A DNA stretch of 64,000 nucleotides from the NCBI RefSeq assembly GCF_018350175.1, contig NC_058368.1, positions 178,314,001-178,378,000 of the forward strand. The letters are read 5' to 3'. The translations under genes and the position numbers were made by a program. The stretch is from Felis catus (taxonomy: Eukaryota). This document shows, in pieces, positions 36,991 to 51,149 of this stretch (within the stretch, counting starts at the first letter, position 1; each line of letters starts with the position of its first letter). The notes beneath the pieces were generated by a model that saw nothing but the letters and a program-made list of their open reading frames with translations, had not been told where the DNA came from and ran no database searches.

Positions 36991-39900
36991 CTCCTTCTCC
37001 TCTCCCCTTCCTTCCATGTTCTAAAACCCAAGCACACTGGCTGTCAGACTGCATCCTGGAGAGTTAGTCCTGCTGAAGGGCAAGGTATCAGCTCTGAGAG
37101 GCCTGCAGGGGGAGATGCAGAAGTCCCTTCTTCTCATCATCTTGGGCCTCTCTCTCAAGCACTTCTAGGCAAAGTGCTCAGTGCAAATATAGTGCTCCCT
37201 TGCTCAGTAGATCCCAGAGCCTTTCCCTAGGAGAGAGCACCTCTTCTCAGATGGCTCAGGGGTGGGGAACCTGGGGAGTGTGGGCAGTGTGCAGGGTTAT
37301 CTGCCTCTTTGGCTAATCACATTTGCATGTGAGTTATTTTCATGGATTCCCCTACTGATGAAACTGGATGCAGTCCTCTCAGACCTAGCTCCCAATCCAT
37401 GGGCCGTCCTTCAGAGCAGACACACAACTGAGTGCCCACAACGGTCCCATACTCTGTCCCCACCCCTACCTCCACTCCTCACCCCTCCAACCCCTAGCCC
37501 CAGCTAAGCCCCATGAAAACCAGTGAACACCTGTCCCTCAGGACTCTTGGAAGGGGCCAGGCCTGGGGAGCTGGATTTTATCCGACAGAATTTTGGTGGC
37601 CTTGAAGTGGACCTTTATATATGTGCTGAAGGAGGTATCCTGGGGGGGGGGGTCCTTCTGAAGAAGGGGTGGCTCAACTGGGTTGACCTGATGCTCCCCC
37701 CCTTCCAGCTACGCACAGAGCACTTAAAACCATATGTGGACCCTGGGCCAGGTCCTGCCTTTCATAAGTCCTTGAGAGAAGACTACAGTTGTTTCCAATT
37801 TATAGGTAAGGAAACTGCATTGAAATAGAGTCTATAGCATGTCCAACCCCGTGGTGGGAGAGGCTGTCTTTGAACCCCAGTGTTCTGACTACAAAGCGCT
37901 ATGCTCTTAACCACACAGCTATACCGCTTTCCTGGAGACGGAAGAGCCAAATGCCGTCTCTTTCTACCCAAGGCAAGGGGTGATCCGGGGCACTTCCCAA
38001 GGTGTTCTGCACCCTGGGGCTGGCTCTGTGCACCCTACACCATCTCAATGGATGTCATTTATTAGGAAGGAGGAAGAGCCAACAAAAATCAGGAAAGACA
38101 GGAACGTTTGTGAAGCTCCTACTGTGTGCCTCATACTGTGCTGGGCATCACTGAGTATTTAAAGACCCTGGTGCTGCCCGTGTCTAGGTGTCATGTAGGG
38201 GAAGTCACCTTTTTTGGAGCCTTGTGTCCTTCATCTGTAAAATGAGAAGGCCTTCGAACAATGTCAGGTGACTCCTTGTTGAGCATGAATTATATCCTAA
38301 CTCCATCTCTTATGGGTAATCTTGTTTTCTGTTATACAACAGAGGTCCGGAAAGGCTAATTGGTATTTCCTAGCTCAGATCCCTCCTGAACCTCGAGCCT
38401 GTATTTTTCCTGCAATCTCCCACCTCTCCTCCCTTTTCCACAGTAATGGCTGGGAAGGGAAGTCCCCTAACACACATTCCCAAAATCCAGACCTCTCGGA
38501 GGCTCACGCTGAGGCAGCACCCCGCCCGCCCACCCCCACCTCCCTCTACTCTGGGAAAGAGTTGCTGAGAGCACTGGGAAGAAGGACCCCAGCCAGGGAT
38601 GATGTCTTGCTTAATGAGGGATTGTGGGAGGGTGGAAAATGCACCCAATTTATCTTTGTTGCCTAAATACCTCTTAAATTCTCCCTTGAATACTTCTAAT
38701 TCAGCAGAATGTGAACAATTATAGCAGGAAGCTATTCATAGGTGGAAGGGGGCTGATGGAATTATTTATCAAACTGACATTTTAATTATAGTGAAGAATG
38801 AGTTTGTTGTCACTGAGATGGAAGGCGGTGTTACCAGGCCTCCACACACCCCTCCAGAGTAAATTAAAAATGCTCCCTCTTCATGATAACTCCATTAGGT
38901 GCTGGAGATGCAGGAAGCAAATGGCAGGTTCTTTCCGGGAAACATTCCGGGGAGTTGGTGAGGTGAATCCCTGTGAGGAGTTCTGCTTCATGCTGGGATG
39001 TGTGGGGTCTCAGAGACACAGGAGGTTGGTAGGTACAAGCTGGATGGATTCAGGACAGTCTTTTCTGCTCTCAGGGCTCCCTTCTTCCACCCCCACCCCC
39101 GTGGACCAAGCCACTTGCCCACACTTTCCTAGTACACACACTCTATTCTAAAGGGTAGTGTAAGCTGGCGGTAAATTCCAACTATACAGACATGTACACA
39201 GCAAAATTTAAGTCTCTTGGAAAAAGTGAGCCACTTTCCTTCACCTCCTGACCTCTGGCTCTCCTCATCTGAGGCATCCAGCGTCCAGATTCTCCTCAAC
39301 TGGTCCGGAGATAACCTGCACATATTCAAGCACACTGGCAGTCTGTGCTGGCTTCGATTCCCTTCTTTAGTTGGAACAGGGTTTTTTCCTCTCCCCAACT
39401 AGGAGGGAAGCCTGCAGAAGGCAGGCATTATGTCCCAGGCTTCTTCTCTCATGTTCGCCCCAGCTCATAGCACAGCCGTGTTAATGAAGTCCGCCATTCA
39501 CTCAGCACCTACACCACGCCAGGTGCCGTGCTCAGCACTCCGCAGAGGTGCTAGTTAAAATCTGCCAGACGGGCCACGGAGGACTGAATTTCCCTCCTCA
39601 TTTTGTGGATGAGAAAACCCAGGTGCAGAGCAACAACGGCAAGCATTCTGTTGTGCCATGTGGTGCTTTCGGGTGCAGCACAGGTTGCATCCAATCCTTC
39701 AAATTTGACAGATTCTTACCCACGCCTACGACTGTGTCAAAGGTGATGAAGAGCGTCTCTGATCTCCAGGTACTACTTGCAATCTACGTGTGGTGGTGGG
39801 GGGTGGGCAGGGAGGAGGGCAGGTAAGTATATCCATGTGATATCATGTTGTGATACCAGTTTAATAGAATGTGCTTAGTATTTGGAAAGAGGAAGGTGGG

Positions 39901-40919
39901 CTGGGGAAAAATCAACTATTGTTGTGTTCAGCCACTGAAACTCTGGGGCTATTTGTTACAGCAGTTGTACTGTTATGACTAATACATCGGGCAGAGGACC
40001 CAATCATTTCAAATACAGACAGTTTCAGGAATAGTCAACATACTAGTAATTCCCTCCCAGCTGGGTTGGTGATAGCTGTGGGGGCGGGGGGCGGGGTAGG
40101 CATGGGCATTTCAGTGTAAGACTAGAAACTTCCCATCCCTCCCATCACCCTGTAAGCCAGTGCCCCCCATCAACACTGACCATCACCAAACCATAAACTA
40201 GAGCCCAGCTTCTAAGCCCTGACTAACTCAATAGACATGGTTCAGTGAAAGCCAGCCAGCCACCCCCTCAACGGGGAGCTCATTTCTGACTCCAGACTTG
40301 CTTGCCCACACTTGCTTTGTCTGCCTCCTAGCCCTGAGGTTCAATCAGCAGGGTCTGAATCTCTGGTCCCCAGGCTTTCCCTGTGAGCACCTGTGTCTGG
40401 TAACAATCCCAGTTGACGCCCTGGCTGGGAGTGACTTTGGCCAAAACCAGATATTAGGGTTTTTTGGGATGACAGCTCCCGGGTCTTCCCCAGGCAAGGC
40501 CAGGGAAGCGTAGAAGTTTCCAGCTGCCTTCCATTCACATTCAAGGTCATCCCTACTTGCTCTGAGTTGCCAAACTCCCATCCAATAACACAAATACCAG
40601 CACGTCCCAATTACAAAGTGTGCGCTTTGTGCCAGGGCCTCTGCTCACACTTCCTGTGTTTTCTCTTCTGATCCCCATGCCCTTCCGGGCAGTTCTGAGC
40701 CATCCCCATATCCATGAGGCAGAGGAGGAAAGGGGCATTCAGAGAGGTAAAGCCACCCACTCTAAGCCATGCATCTCAAGAGTGGCAGAGCTGAGGTTAG
40801 ACCCTCGACTGTGTGACTGCAACGTCCACTGCTCTAGCCAGATTTCAGATCCTGAAGGCCAGGGGACTCCCAGGCCAGAATCAGCCCACAGAAAAAGAAT
40901 AATTTAAGCAAATCACGAA

Positions 40920-41225
40920 GCATCTTCCTATACTCTTCTCATTCAAGTCTGGGAGCCCATATCACCTTCTCTGAGAAGCCTTCCTTGGACACCCAGTCTA
41001 AAATAAACACGCCCACAGGCACTCTCCACCCCTTAGCCTGCTTAGTGTTCCTTCAGAACACTTGTATCTCTGAATTGACATGTTTATTTCTGTATTGGGT
41101 GTCTCTACCACACCAGTATGCAGGCTCAATGAAGACGGGGATGTTGTGATTTCCTGCTGTACTCCTAGCGTCAAACAGTGCCTGGCACAGAGTAGGTGCT
41201 CAATAAATATGTGAATTAATTGATT
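40920..41225 (+). mobile_element. L2 3' end
   Basis: atcaccttctctgagaagccttcctt...cagtgcctggcacagagtaggtgctcaataaatatgtgaattaat. Confidence 0.8.
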
Positions 41226-41360
41226 TGAGACTCTGAATACCTGATTAAATTGGGTAACAACAAACAGTACTTACTGGTACTTTTTAGGTGTTCGGAATCA
41301 TGCTAACGCTAATATGAAAGTATTGTCTCATTTTATTGAAAAGGTAAACACCGTTATTAT

Positions 41361-41577
41361 CATTATTTTAATGTTTATTTTTGAGAGAGAGACAAAGAGA
41401 GAGAGTGAGAGAGGAAGCAGGGGAGGGGCAGAGAGAGATGGAGCCACAGAATCTGAAGCAGGCTCCAGGCTCTGAGCTGTCAGCCTAGAGCCTGACGTGG
41501 GGCTCAAACCCACAAACCATGAGATCGTGACCTGAGCCAAAGTCAGACGCTAACCGACTGAGCCACCCAGGCTCCCC
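41361..41577 (-). mobile_element. Can-SINE with 19-bp TSD, inserted in a MIR
   Basis: TSD aggtaaacaccgttattat (41342-41360) and aggtaaacaccattattat (41579-41597); head ends gagccacccaggctcccc; MIR resumes with cccattttatcagatgaggaaac. Confidence 0.95.
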
Positions 41578-42570
41578 TAGGTAAACACCATTATTATACC
41601 CATTTTATCAGATGAGGAAACAGGGTCGGAGGAGAAGTGACATGCCCAAGGCCATCAGCAAGAAGCAGAGGAGCACGAAGAACCCTGGTCTAATTCCCAA
41701 GTCTGGATGCTGAGCCTCTGCACAATACACTCTTTCTCCCTTTGGGCTGAACTTGGAGCTCAACCTGTGGCCATGTGCAATCACACGGAGTCACGGGAAG
41801 CAGCCTCGGTATGTGAGCAGGGAACGGTCTGCTCTGCAAAGCTACCAGGCCCTCCTGGCGGAGTCTTGTACCTCTTCCCCAGGGCAGCTGTGCAGAGCAG
41901 CCGCAATCCAGGGAGCTGAAGGGTTTGGGGAGGAAGGTGGGAGCTCTCCCTTGGTCCTGCCTTTCCCCCAACTCCACCTTGTTAAATGACAGGGCATGCC
42001 CACAGGCACGAATGAGTGACAAGCACAGCCAGAAGCTGATGCGTGCTTTTTAAAATCTTGCAAGACTGCAAAATCATACATATAATCCAGCAGGGAAATA
42101 GGACGTTCCCTTGAGGATAACGCTGGGCAGCCCCAGGAGTGGGTTTATTAAATGTGCAGGAGAGAAATAAGAGTGCTGGCTCGACTGTCAGGTAGTTAGT
42201 ATCAAGTCTCACTGGCCCTGCCGTCCTCTAGCTGTGTGGCCTCAGGTGAGCGACTGCACTTCTCTGTGCCTTCGTCCCTCTCTGAGAAATGGAGACAACA
42301 GTGGATGTTGGAACAGAGGGCTGTGGATTAGATAAAGCATCCTGCATGGGGGGGCCAGTACATGGTTGGTTCCATAGGTCCCTCCCTGACTTTCAGCTCT
42401 AGGGCACAATGAGGTTGCAAGGTTTAACTTTCTGGCAGTTTTGACCTTTGATGCTTCAGGGCACATCTGTAACAAAGCAACAGGTTCTCAGGGGACCCAT
42501 GGCAGCTCACTGCAAGTCTGGACTGTTTGGGCCAGCCTAGTCTTGTCACTTTCCCTCTCTTTCTCTGCTG

Positions 42571-42623
42571 TTCGTTCATTCGTTCGTTCGTTTGTTCGTT
42601 CATTCATTCATTCATTCATTCAT
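42571..42623. repeat. (TTCG)/(TTCA) tetranucleotide repeat, probably an L2 tail
   Basis: ttcgttcattcgttcgttcgtttgttcgttcattcattcattcattcattcat, followed by L2-like ctgtaccaagcactg. Confidence 0.85.
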
Positions 42624-42691
42624 GGCTTCTGCTGTACCAAGCACTGAGCCTAGTGATGGCAAGCACAGAGCCTACCTAAAGTAGATAGCCC

Positions 42692-43159
42692 CTGTGAGGT
42701 TGAAAATGGCCCCGGAAGGATGCCCATGTCCTAATCCCTGGAACCTATGAATATGTTACTTCACATGGTAAAAGGGACTTTGCAAATGTAACTATATCAA
42801 GGATTTTTGAGATGGAGAGATTATCTGGAATTATCCAGGTGGGCCCACTGTAATTGCAAGGGTCCTTATTGGAGGCTGGTGGACGAGAGGCAGAGAAAGG
42901 CGGTATGAAGACAGAAGCAGAGCTTGAAGGTGGAGGAAGGAGCCACAGGACAAGGAATGCAGGTAGCATCCAGAAGCAGGAAAAGGGGAGGAGACACATT
43001 CTCCCCAAGGAACACAGCCCTGCAACCCCTTGGTTTTAGCCCCTTGGAACCTACTTCTGATTTCTGACCTCTGGAACTATATATAAAATAATACATTCGT
43101 GTTGTTTTAGCTACTAAATTTGTGATAATTGGCCACCACAGCGATGAGAAACTAATATC
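42692..43159 (+). mobile_element. MaLR solo LTR, MLT1D-like
   Basis: aatggcccc...atgtcctaatccctggaacctatgaatatgttacttcacatggtaaaagggactttgca...gattatctggaattatccaggtgggccc...aaggaatgcaggtagc...ttctgacctctggaact...gaaactaata. Confidence 0.88.
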
Positions 43160-43789
43160 CCTCACCCATCCCACATTATTCTGTATCGTGCAACTTGTTG
43201 GCTTTCTTCAGAGCATTTACCTCCACTTGCAATGATAAACCGGTAGCTCGTCTGTCCTTCAAGGCCCACATACAAAGCAGTACACAACCCCGCTCTCAAG
43301 GGGAGTGCTAATCCGTGGGTGGGGAGCCCAGAAATGTACTGGCAAGAATAACAGCAACGCCTGCTATAAATTGAATGTGTGCTAGGCCAAGAACTGTGCT
43401 AAGCACTTTAGGAGCATGGCTTCATTTACTCCTGCCAACAGCCTTATAGAAAATGAGGGACGGAGGCCCAGACTAGGAGCGATGAAGTAACTTCTCCTGG
43501 TCACACAGAGTGATAATAAATTGCAGCACAACTGTCTTAACTGTCTGGTTCCAAAGTTCATTCAATTTCCATTGTGACAAACTGCTGCCCTGTGATTTCT
43601 AAGATCCATTAGGACTTTTAAATCTTCGCCTCTTCTCCTCCTTCCCACCATTATCATTACAGTATCAGTATCACCACTATTTTAATCACAACATCTTATT
43701 ACAGCACCTAATATGTGCAAGGTACTGTGAAGGTTACACAGAAGTAAACTTTACTACTATTGTTATTATTATTGTTGCTGCTGCTGCTG

Positions 43790-44020
43790 CCACTGTTTGT
43801 TGGACACCTACTGTATACCAGGGACCGATTCAAACACCTCGATACATGATCACCTTTCATTCATGTGGCCATCCCATGGCATATGTAGCAATTATTCCCA
43901 TTTTACACACAAGGGCACGGAGACTCAGGGAGGTTGACCAGCTTGCCCGGCATGAGGGGCAAAGTTGGAACTTGAAAGCATATTCATTCAACATAAGAGC
44001 CTGTGCAATCAACCACTATA
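43790..44020 (-). mobile_element. MIR SINE
   Basis: cacctactgtataccagg...attattcccattttacacac...gagactcagggaggttgacc..cttgccc. Confidence 0.7.
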
Positions 44021-44887
44021 TCCCCCAGCCTCCTTACCTGCAGGGTCAAGGCTGTGTACTTGTGAGGTGCTATAGGAGGCATGCAGACACACAAGCTCCT
44101 TCCAGGCAGGACTCAGGAGGGCCAGGGTCTAGGGATGGAGAGCTCTCTGAAGTGTGACCAGAGTGGGAGACAGCCCTGCTCCTCAGAGGTGTCAAGGTGG
44201 CCCTGCAAGTGGGTTCCATGTGAACATCTGCCATGGGCCACTCAGAGAAGGGCCCCATCTAACGTGGAGGAATTTTCGCCACGAATGCATTCAGCTCTAA
44301 TTTTCTCCATTCACTATGCCATTATGAGCCGAGTTCTAGAGGCCACTGGGTGCACTGATTGCTCTAAGTAATAACACAGTCATCTCTGCCATGGAGATGA
44401 GAGGTGGGAGCTGATATGCTCACAGGTATTGTGAGTCTGGTAATGGGCAGACATGATGTGCCTGGGAAACTTGTAGGTGCAGCTGAACATCTATCTCTAA
44501 GCAAGGGGGATGGGGAGTCACAGGGCTGAGCGAACAGGGAGATGTCGTGAATTCAGTCCTTGTTAAGGCCTTGTTGAGAAGTTAGTTGTCAGGATGGCAT
44601 CCAACAGGGGGTAAAATGGCGGACCGTGCAAGAGGAGGTCAACAAGCAATACACAGTAAGTTCTGTGGATTCATGCTTTCTTCTACTAGTTCAAGTCCCA
44701 GCTCATCCTGTAAGTCGCTGGTAACCTTGGACAAAACATATCCCTTTGTGGCCTCAGATTTTCCCTCTGGAAAGTGAGGGAGCTGTTGGGAGTAGAAATT
44801 CTCTAAATTCACTTCTACTAGTGAAAATGTTATCGCTTAATTAAGCCAGAGGCATACGGTTAAGAGAGCAAGTTTTGGACTTAGAAT

Positions 44888-44922
<35 letters not shown>

Positions 44923-44941
44923 TTATTTTTTTAGATTTTAG

Positions 44942-45153
44942 GTTTTTTTTTAAGTTTATATATTTATTTTGAGAAAGAGAGAAAGCATGAATGGGCGAGG
45001 GGCAGACAGAAGGGGAGGGAGAAAGAGAATCCCAAGCAGGCTCGGGCATTGTCAACACACAGCCCGATGTGGGGCTCGAACTCAAGAACCATGAGATCCT
45101 GACCTGAGCTGAAATCAAGAGTCAAATGCTTAACTGAGCCACCCAGGCACCCC
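44942..45153 (-). mobile_element. Can-SINE (first of a tandem pair)
   Basis: Poly(T), gagagaatcccaagcaggctc...gagatcctgacctgagctgaaatcaagagtc...gagccacccaggcacccc; the tcaagagtc variant differs from its neighbour. Confidence 0.95.
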
Positions 45154-45169
45154 TTAGATTTAAAACCAA

Positions 45170-45379
45170 TTTTTTTTTAACGTTTATTTATTTTTGAGAG
45201 ACTGAGACAGAACACAAGCAGGGGAGGGGCAGAGAGACAGGAAGACACAGAATCCAAAGCAGGCTCCAGGCTCTGAGCTGTCAGCGCAAAGCCCGACGCG
45301 GGGCTCGAACCCATGGACTGTGAGACCATGACCTGAGCCAAAGTCGGATGCTTAACTGACTGAGCCACCCAGGCGCCCC
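45170..45379 (-). mobile_element. Can-SINE (second of a tandem pair)
   Basis: ttttttttaacgtttatttatttttgagag...gacacagaatccaaagcaggctccaggctctgagctgtcagc...gagccacccaggcgcccc. Confidence 0.95.
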
Positions 45380-48300
45380 TTAGATTTTATTTTTAAAAAT
45401 GATTTTTGTTTCTAGATTTGCCACTTCTTAGCTGTGTGACTTTAGGCAAGTTACTTTGCGTTTCTGAATCTCAGTTTTCTCACCTGTAAAACATAGATCC
45501 TAGTAGTTCCTACCTCCTAGGGCTGTTGGGGGTTAAAGGGAATACTGTCTGTGCAGGGCGACCCTGGGCTGGACACCGAGAGCACTCATAAATGGGGGCC
45601 ACTGTGATGCTGGCCATGATGCCACAGGCCCCTCTCTGCTCTGGGCTGCCAGTCCTTGTCTTTGGGATAATGGGGGAGTCTTAGACTCTGGGACACTGCA
45701 GAGAGGAATGTGGAACAAGGGAAAGAAAGCACCTGGATTTCTCTATTACCACTGATTGGAGCTGAAAATAAAACTGAAATTCAGCTAGAAGGAAGGAGCA
45801 TGTGAGTCACTGGGGAAAAGAGCCCTCTGCCAGCCACCGAGTCCTATGAGCTGTCCCTCCACATCTTCTTGTCTTTGTCACTGTGACCTTCCTCTCCTGT
45901 GGGCTGGTCACCTCCCCCACACCTCACAGTGATTATAATGCTCTCCACGCTGTTCTTTCAGTCCCCTCAACTCCTTGCTGCCAGATCCTGGTGTTAAATG
46001 TGGGTTTCCTTACATTACTCCCCTGGGCCCAAACCTTTTGCGACTCACAGGCTCTGAGTTCGGCATTCCAGGCTTTTCTCTGGTCCCAGTCTCCATGGTC
46101 ATTCTTATCTCTAGCTTCCCAGCCTGGCCTCTGAAGACCCCTGTGAACAGGCCAGGAGCAACCGCTCTCACTTCCTACCTCAAACCCCTTCTCTAAACCT
46201 GGCATTAATGAAGTCATCCATGTCTCCGTTAATTTATCCAGCCAATAGATGGGCATCAGAATTTCTAACAAGCAGACTCTAAGGAGCATGGCATGGCACT
46301 GGTGGCCCAGGGGCGACCTCTGCCCAGTCCAACGGCCATGGCAGACATTCCTAATAAGTCTCAGCACGTTTTAGCTCACCAAGCTCAGATTCAGCCTCAG
46401 AATTCTCAAAGCAATACCTCAGCCAGCCTCTACTCATCAAATGAGTTGGCAAAATCCATACTCCATCTTTAGGTCGCACAGTCAGACAGATGGGGGAGCC
46501 AGTCCCATCCCGGGGCTACCATTTAACCCTTAACTGGGCATGACCTCAGGCAAGGCCCACGTCCATTCTGGGCATCTATAGCCACACTTAAATAAGGCCA
46601 ATTATTTTGACCTCACAGGGCTACTGGAGGATTGGAGCTCACGCACACTGCAGGATACTATTCTGGGGTTTTCTTGCTACCTTTCTCCCATTTGCTCAGC
46701 AGCATTCATTGCCTCAGGGGTGGGGGGATGCGATGGTGCCCGCTGGGCACCGAGGTCTCTGCGTACAGCAGGGCACGAGGGCAGCAGGGACGTCTAGAAG
46801 ACGGGCAGAGGCAGCCTCCCAACGTGGGCCCAGAATGACAGGCGGTTCCTCCCAGTTCCCGGGAGGTGGCCTGGGCAACGGGAAGCCCTGATGAGGTCTC
46901 GAGTGGGACAGAGGGGAGGCAGTGGGGACTGCCCAGGATGGGATGGGGATGAGGGGGTCTCTGCATTCACCGAGGCAGATGAAGACAACTGAGAGAGAGC
47001 TGGGTGTCCCCAGCCTCCAGGGCACCTTCCTCCACCTGCAGCTCCTGCCCCATGCTTGGACAAAGTGGCTGGCAGAGAAGTTGGGAGGGACCCGAAAGGG
47101 CGAGGACTACGGTCCTCCTACCCAAAAGGCTGGGGGCTCAAGACGGACATGAAACTCAGTGACAGCAAAGCAAATTCACATTTCTCTTTCTCCTGATTTT
47201 GAGGACTGCAAATTATCCCCACGTGCATCTATACAAAGTACCTGGTAGTTATTAGTATGGCAAGTTTCAGCCATTTCACTGCTAATTATTACTGTTAAAT
47301 GGAAGTATTATAAGTGTCATTGTTATGAAGATTAAGTGGAATAATGTTACGTAAGCCATCTGACACATAGTACCACCAAGTACTGAGTACTGACACTCAG
47401 TATTAGCTTCCTTATTTTTTCTTCCCCATTTGCAGAGCTAAAACCCACAGATTCTGAGAACCTTCATTTCTATCATGTAGGTAACTTGTCAGGGGCTATA
47501 AGACTTATGATCTGACTGGCCACTAGCTCTGTTTTCAAGTACATTTGATCCCGTTCATTTAAAAAAAATGCCTTGGACTTTGATAAATGTGGAAATAACA
47601 GGCTTGGGAGGCAGACTGCTCCCGTGTAATTCAAGGCAATGTGCAATCCTTCAACATCAAGCCCCCAGTAAACGTCACATTCATTGTCTCTGGCTCTTCC
47701 CCAACATTTAGGATGATGGTGTGGACTTTGAGAATCCCCATGAAGGAGAACTGGAGGGTGAAAGGTGTTATGGAATTAAGAACTTTTCCAGCCTCCCTTC
47801 TCCCACCCCGGCTCTCCCCTTCTCTGTCAGCTGGAATGCTGGTCCTCGGATCTCTTTGAGAGCAAGGGACTCCAAAACTCTGCCCCAAACCAACAGCCTG
47901 GAGTTGGGGACCTGTGTCCGCTGGCAATCTGTTTCTGGGTGGCCAATGCTACAAACCCTTTAACAACACAGAGAGATGCTGACAACAGAGAAGGGAGCAG
48001 ATACAATATTATAATGGTAGCAAGTACTAAGAGAATGCTTAGCAAATGCTAAGCCTTACATTGTGCAAATGGTGAGCATTACATTGTGCTGAGTACTTGA
48101 CTCACATTTTTCTCAATTTCTCGTGGCAACCTTGTGAGGAAGGACTTAGCCTTCATTTTACCAAGTAGCAAAAAGATCTCAAAGAAGTACCAGCTTATGA
48201 CCATCCACCAAGTAAAGGGTATGGCCAGCCATGTGCCACCCAGAGCAAAGCACCTGAGTAAAGGTGAACTAGAAATTGTCAGTCCAAACCATCTTTGTGT

Positions 48301-49649
48301 CACCTGTCATCTGCTCTCCATTGTTGCGGTTTAAGGCTACTGTGTCTTTTTCTTTCCATAGGTTGGCTGAATCATCACAAAAAGATTCTTGATTCATTTT
48401 AATAAATAAGGGGGGCAAGGCCTTATCTCACCTTGTAATCTTCTGCAATATTCATATCACTTCCAGAGAGCTCACTGTGCACACATCCAGAAAGTCAACG
48501 TGATGCATTAGCTCAATGATGCCAAGTCCTTGGCATACAGGTTGTCACTTCTCCACCTGTGCCAGAGGCAGCCATCATAAATGATTTACAGATCTAATTT
48601 CCACTGAACCCAGATGTGGCCCCAGATTCCTTCTGAAACAGCTCTTCAGGAGACCATGCTGGGTTCATTAAAAGCTGGCACAGGAAGTGAATCCTACGTC
48701 CCACCTCTGCTTGAGACGACTGTGAAGTATCCTTCGTGCTACGACGCGCCACAAGACCACAGGGTGTGGGAAGTGAACTGGCAGCAAGCTCAGGATCTGG
48801 GAGCCCGAGTCGAGCCCGACTCAGCTACTTGCCAGCTCTGTGACCTGGGACACGTTTGTCCCCGCCTTCAGGCCTCAGTTCCTTCATCTGTATCATTCAG
48901 CTCTGTGGTCCCATCTAGTTCCAACAACCTGTGATTCATGACAGATCACCTGGTGGGGATTGGATGGGGAGTGATCCCATAGAAGGTGCATCCTAGGCCA
49001 ACAAAACGTCATCTGGGAGCGATAATACCTACCTGTAGGCTTGTTAAGAAGGTATCTGTGCTGGGCGTTTGAATGACAACATAAAGTGGTGTTTGAGAAG
49101 GGGGGGGCGATGAATCATAACAGAATCACATTTACTTAGGATCATAAGTGCCTCAAAAACTATTTGAGTCATGTGTCATGTGTATCTTACATTTAAGACC
49201 CCGTTATACCATGCCCAATGAGATATTGCTAAGTAAGCTTGTATGCCTCCCATGACAGGGTGATTCCTACTTCCCAAGGCAGCACAACCCTTTTATTGGA
49301 CACTTCTGAGTATTTGAAAGCTTTCCCTAACTTGCTGCCATAACTTTACCTCCCTGGACATTACAACTCTTGGGCTCACACAGGGCCATCTAATCCTTTT
49401 TCCTCTTCTGGCTTCTGAAGTTAGCTTTCATGTTCAAGTTGGTCCTTATTTTCTGTTCAGCCCTGCCATGAGACTACCTTATCTTCGTGCTAAAACATCC
49501 TCAAGTCCTGTCACCACTCTTTATGTGATGTGGGTCTGAGTAACCGTGCCCTGGATATGCCTAGGGTTGTCTACACAACATCCAATGTGAATGTAGCCAC
49601 GCGGGCATGGTCTGCTCAATGCAACATGAAGAGGCAGGTGGTGAGGAGG

Positions 49650-49855
49650 TTGAGATTCTGGGTCCTAGGATCAGAACACTTGGATGTGGACCTCCACTCT
49701 GTGTGACCTTGCATAAAGGACTTCTCAGAACCTCAACTGTTTTATCAGGAAATGACAGTGATAACAGTACTTGCCTCATGGGGTCAATACAAGGATTGCA
49801 TTGGTTAATACATGCAAAATACACACAGGAAGTGCTCAGTTAATACTAGCTATCA
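49650..49855 (+). mobile_element. MIR SINE
   Basis: ctctgtgtgaccttg...acttctcagaacctca...gataacagtacttgcctcatgggg...gtgctcagttaatactagctat. Confidence 0.7.
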
Positions 49856-50747
49856 CCACCCCATAGTTCTAGAGGTGATATTTCTGTCAGCATAAACCAA
49901 AGAAATAACTTTATCACAGTGTTTCTAAGAAAGTACCGAGTCCGGGGAGCAATCTGGTCATTTTGACACGGGCATGGTCCAGTGCCTGGTGGTGGAGGGG
50001 TCTGGAGGAAGTTAGGCCACCCAAGCAGTTAATGGCCAAGGAACCAGTAGCCAACTCTCCTTAAAGATGCAGAAAATCAAATTGAGAGCAGAGAAGGTTA
50101 AATCCTGGCCTGACAGAAAGAAAGCTTATCTATGAACTTGCAAGAAACTCATTAGTTTCTTTTTTTTTTCTTTCCCGATTAGGGCTGTTCATTCTAGGGT
50201 GTTTAAGAGCTGGATCAGGGCAAAGTACGTGAGCTGGTAATGAGCTTTCGGAATGCTTCCCCCCACTCAGGCAGGGATCAGAGGAGATGTACGCAGGGCT
50301 GTCACAGAAAGGCGGAGAACACTCGCTTTGATTCCTTGTGAGCCACTCTAAGTCCTGGCCAGCAGGTCTTCCCGCCTCCAAGCTAGGAGCCAAATCCGGC
50401 TCTGAGCAGGGGATGAGGCGCCTCAGAATCCCAGGAAACCTCTTGGGGCTGTTTGAAGAACCTCTGACTTCCCTTTGAAATGCCAGAGGATCCAGCAGAG
50501 CTCAGTGGGGTGGAGAGCTCTTGGGGATGTGTGCTATAGTCAGGAAATGCCATTAACTCCTGGCTTCCCCTGGCTGGGCCAGCCACACAGCCTCGCAGGG
50601 AAGAGAAGCACCTGCTAAAAATGCCCAGGTGTGCTTTGTGATCTTGGCAACTGGTGGGGTCAAGGCCAGCTTCTGCTTCACCCTGAGGATAAATAGACAG
50701 AACATTTTTTCTGGCCTGCCTGTAGCCATCTTTGGTGAATTTACCAC

Positions 50748-50918
50748 CATTAATTCTCCAAGTATGGTTCATGGACCTCCTTCCTCAAAATTACTTGGAA
50801 TGATTCTTTAAAATGCAGATTCCAGGCCTTTCCCAGGCCTGGGTGAGGTCTAGGATGTTATATACTCAACCAGTTTAATATGTGTTTCTCATGCCCATTA
50901 AAGTTTGAGAGTTGCTGC
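50748..50918. mobile_element. MER5-type hAT-Charlie fragment
   Basis: ttctccaagtatggt...ttacttggaa..tttaaaatgcagattccaggcc...taaagtttgagagttgctg. Confidence 0.6.
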
Positions 50919-51149
50919 ATCTAGAACTAGTTCTTATATACTCAACACGTTCTGAGTCTGCTGTAGCTTTCAGAGCAGATAGGTTGTATACAGGGAGGTA
51001 GTGAATATGGATGGAAAGGGAATAGAGTTTGGAGAGACTCATAGTCCCAGCTAGTTGTTGTATGCTCCTGAGTTCTGGGGTGGTTTGTTACACAGCATGA
51101 TAGTGACACTTGCTGACTGATATACTGACTCCCGCCATTTTCAGAGGAG

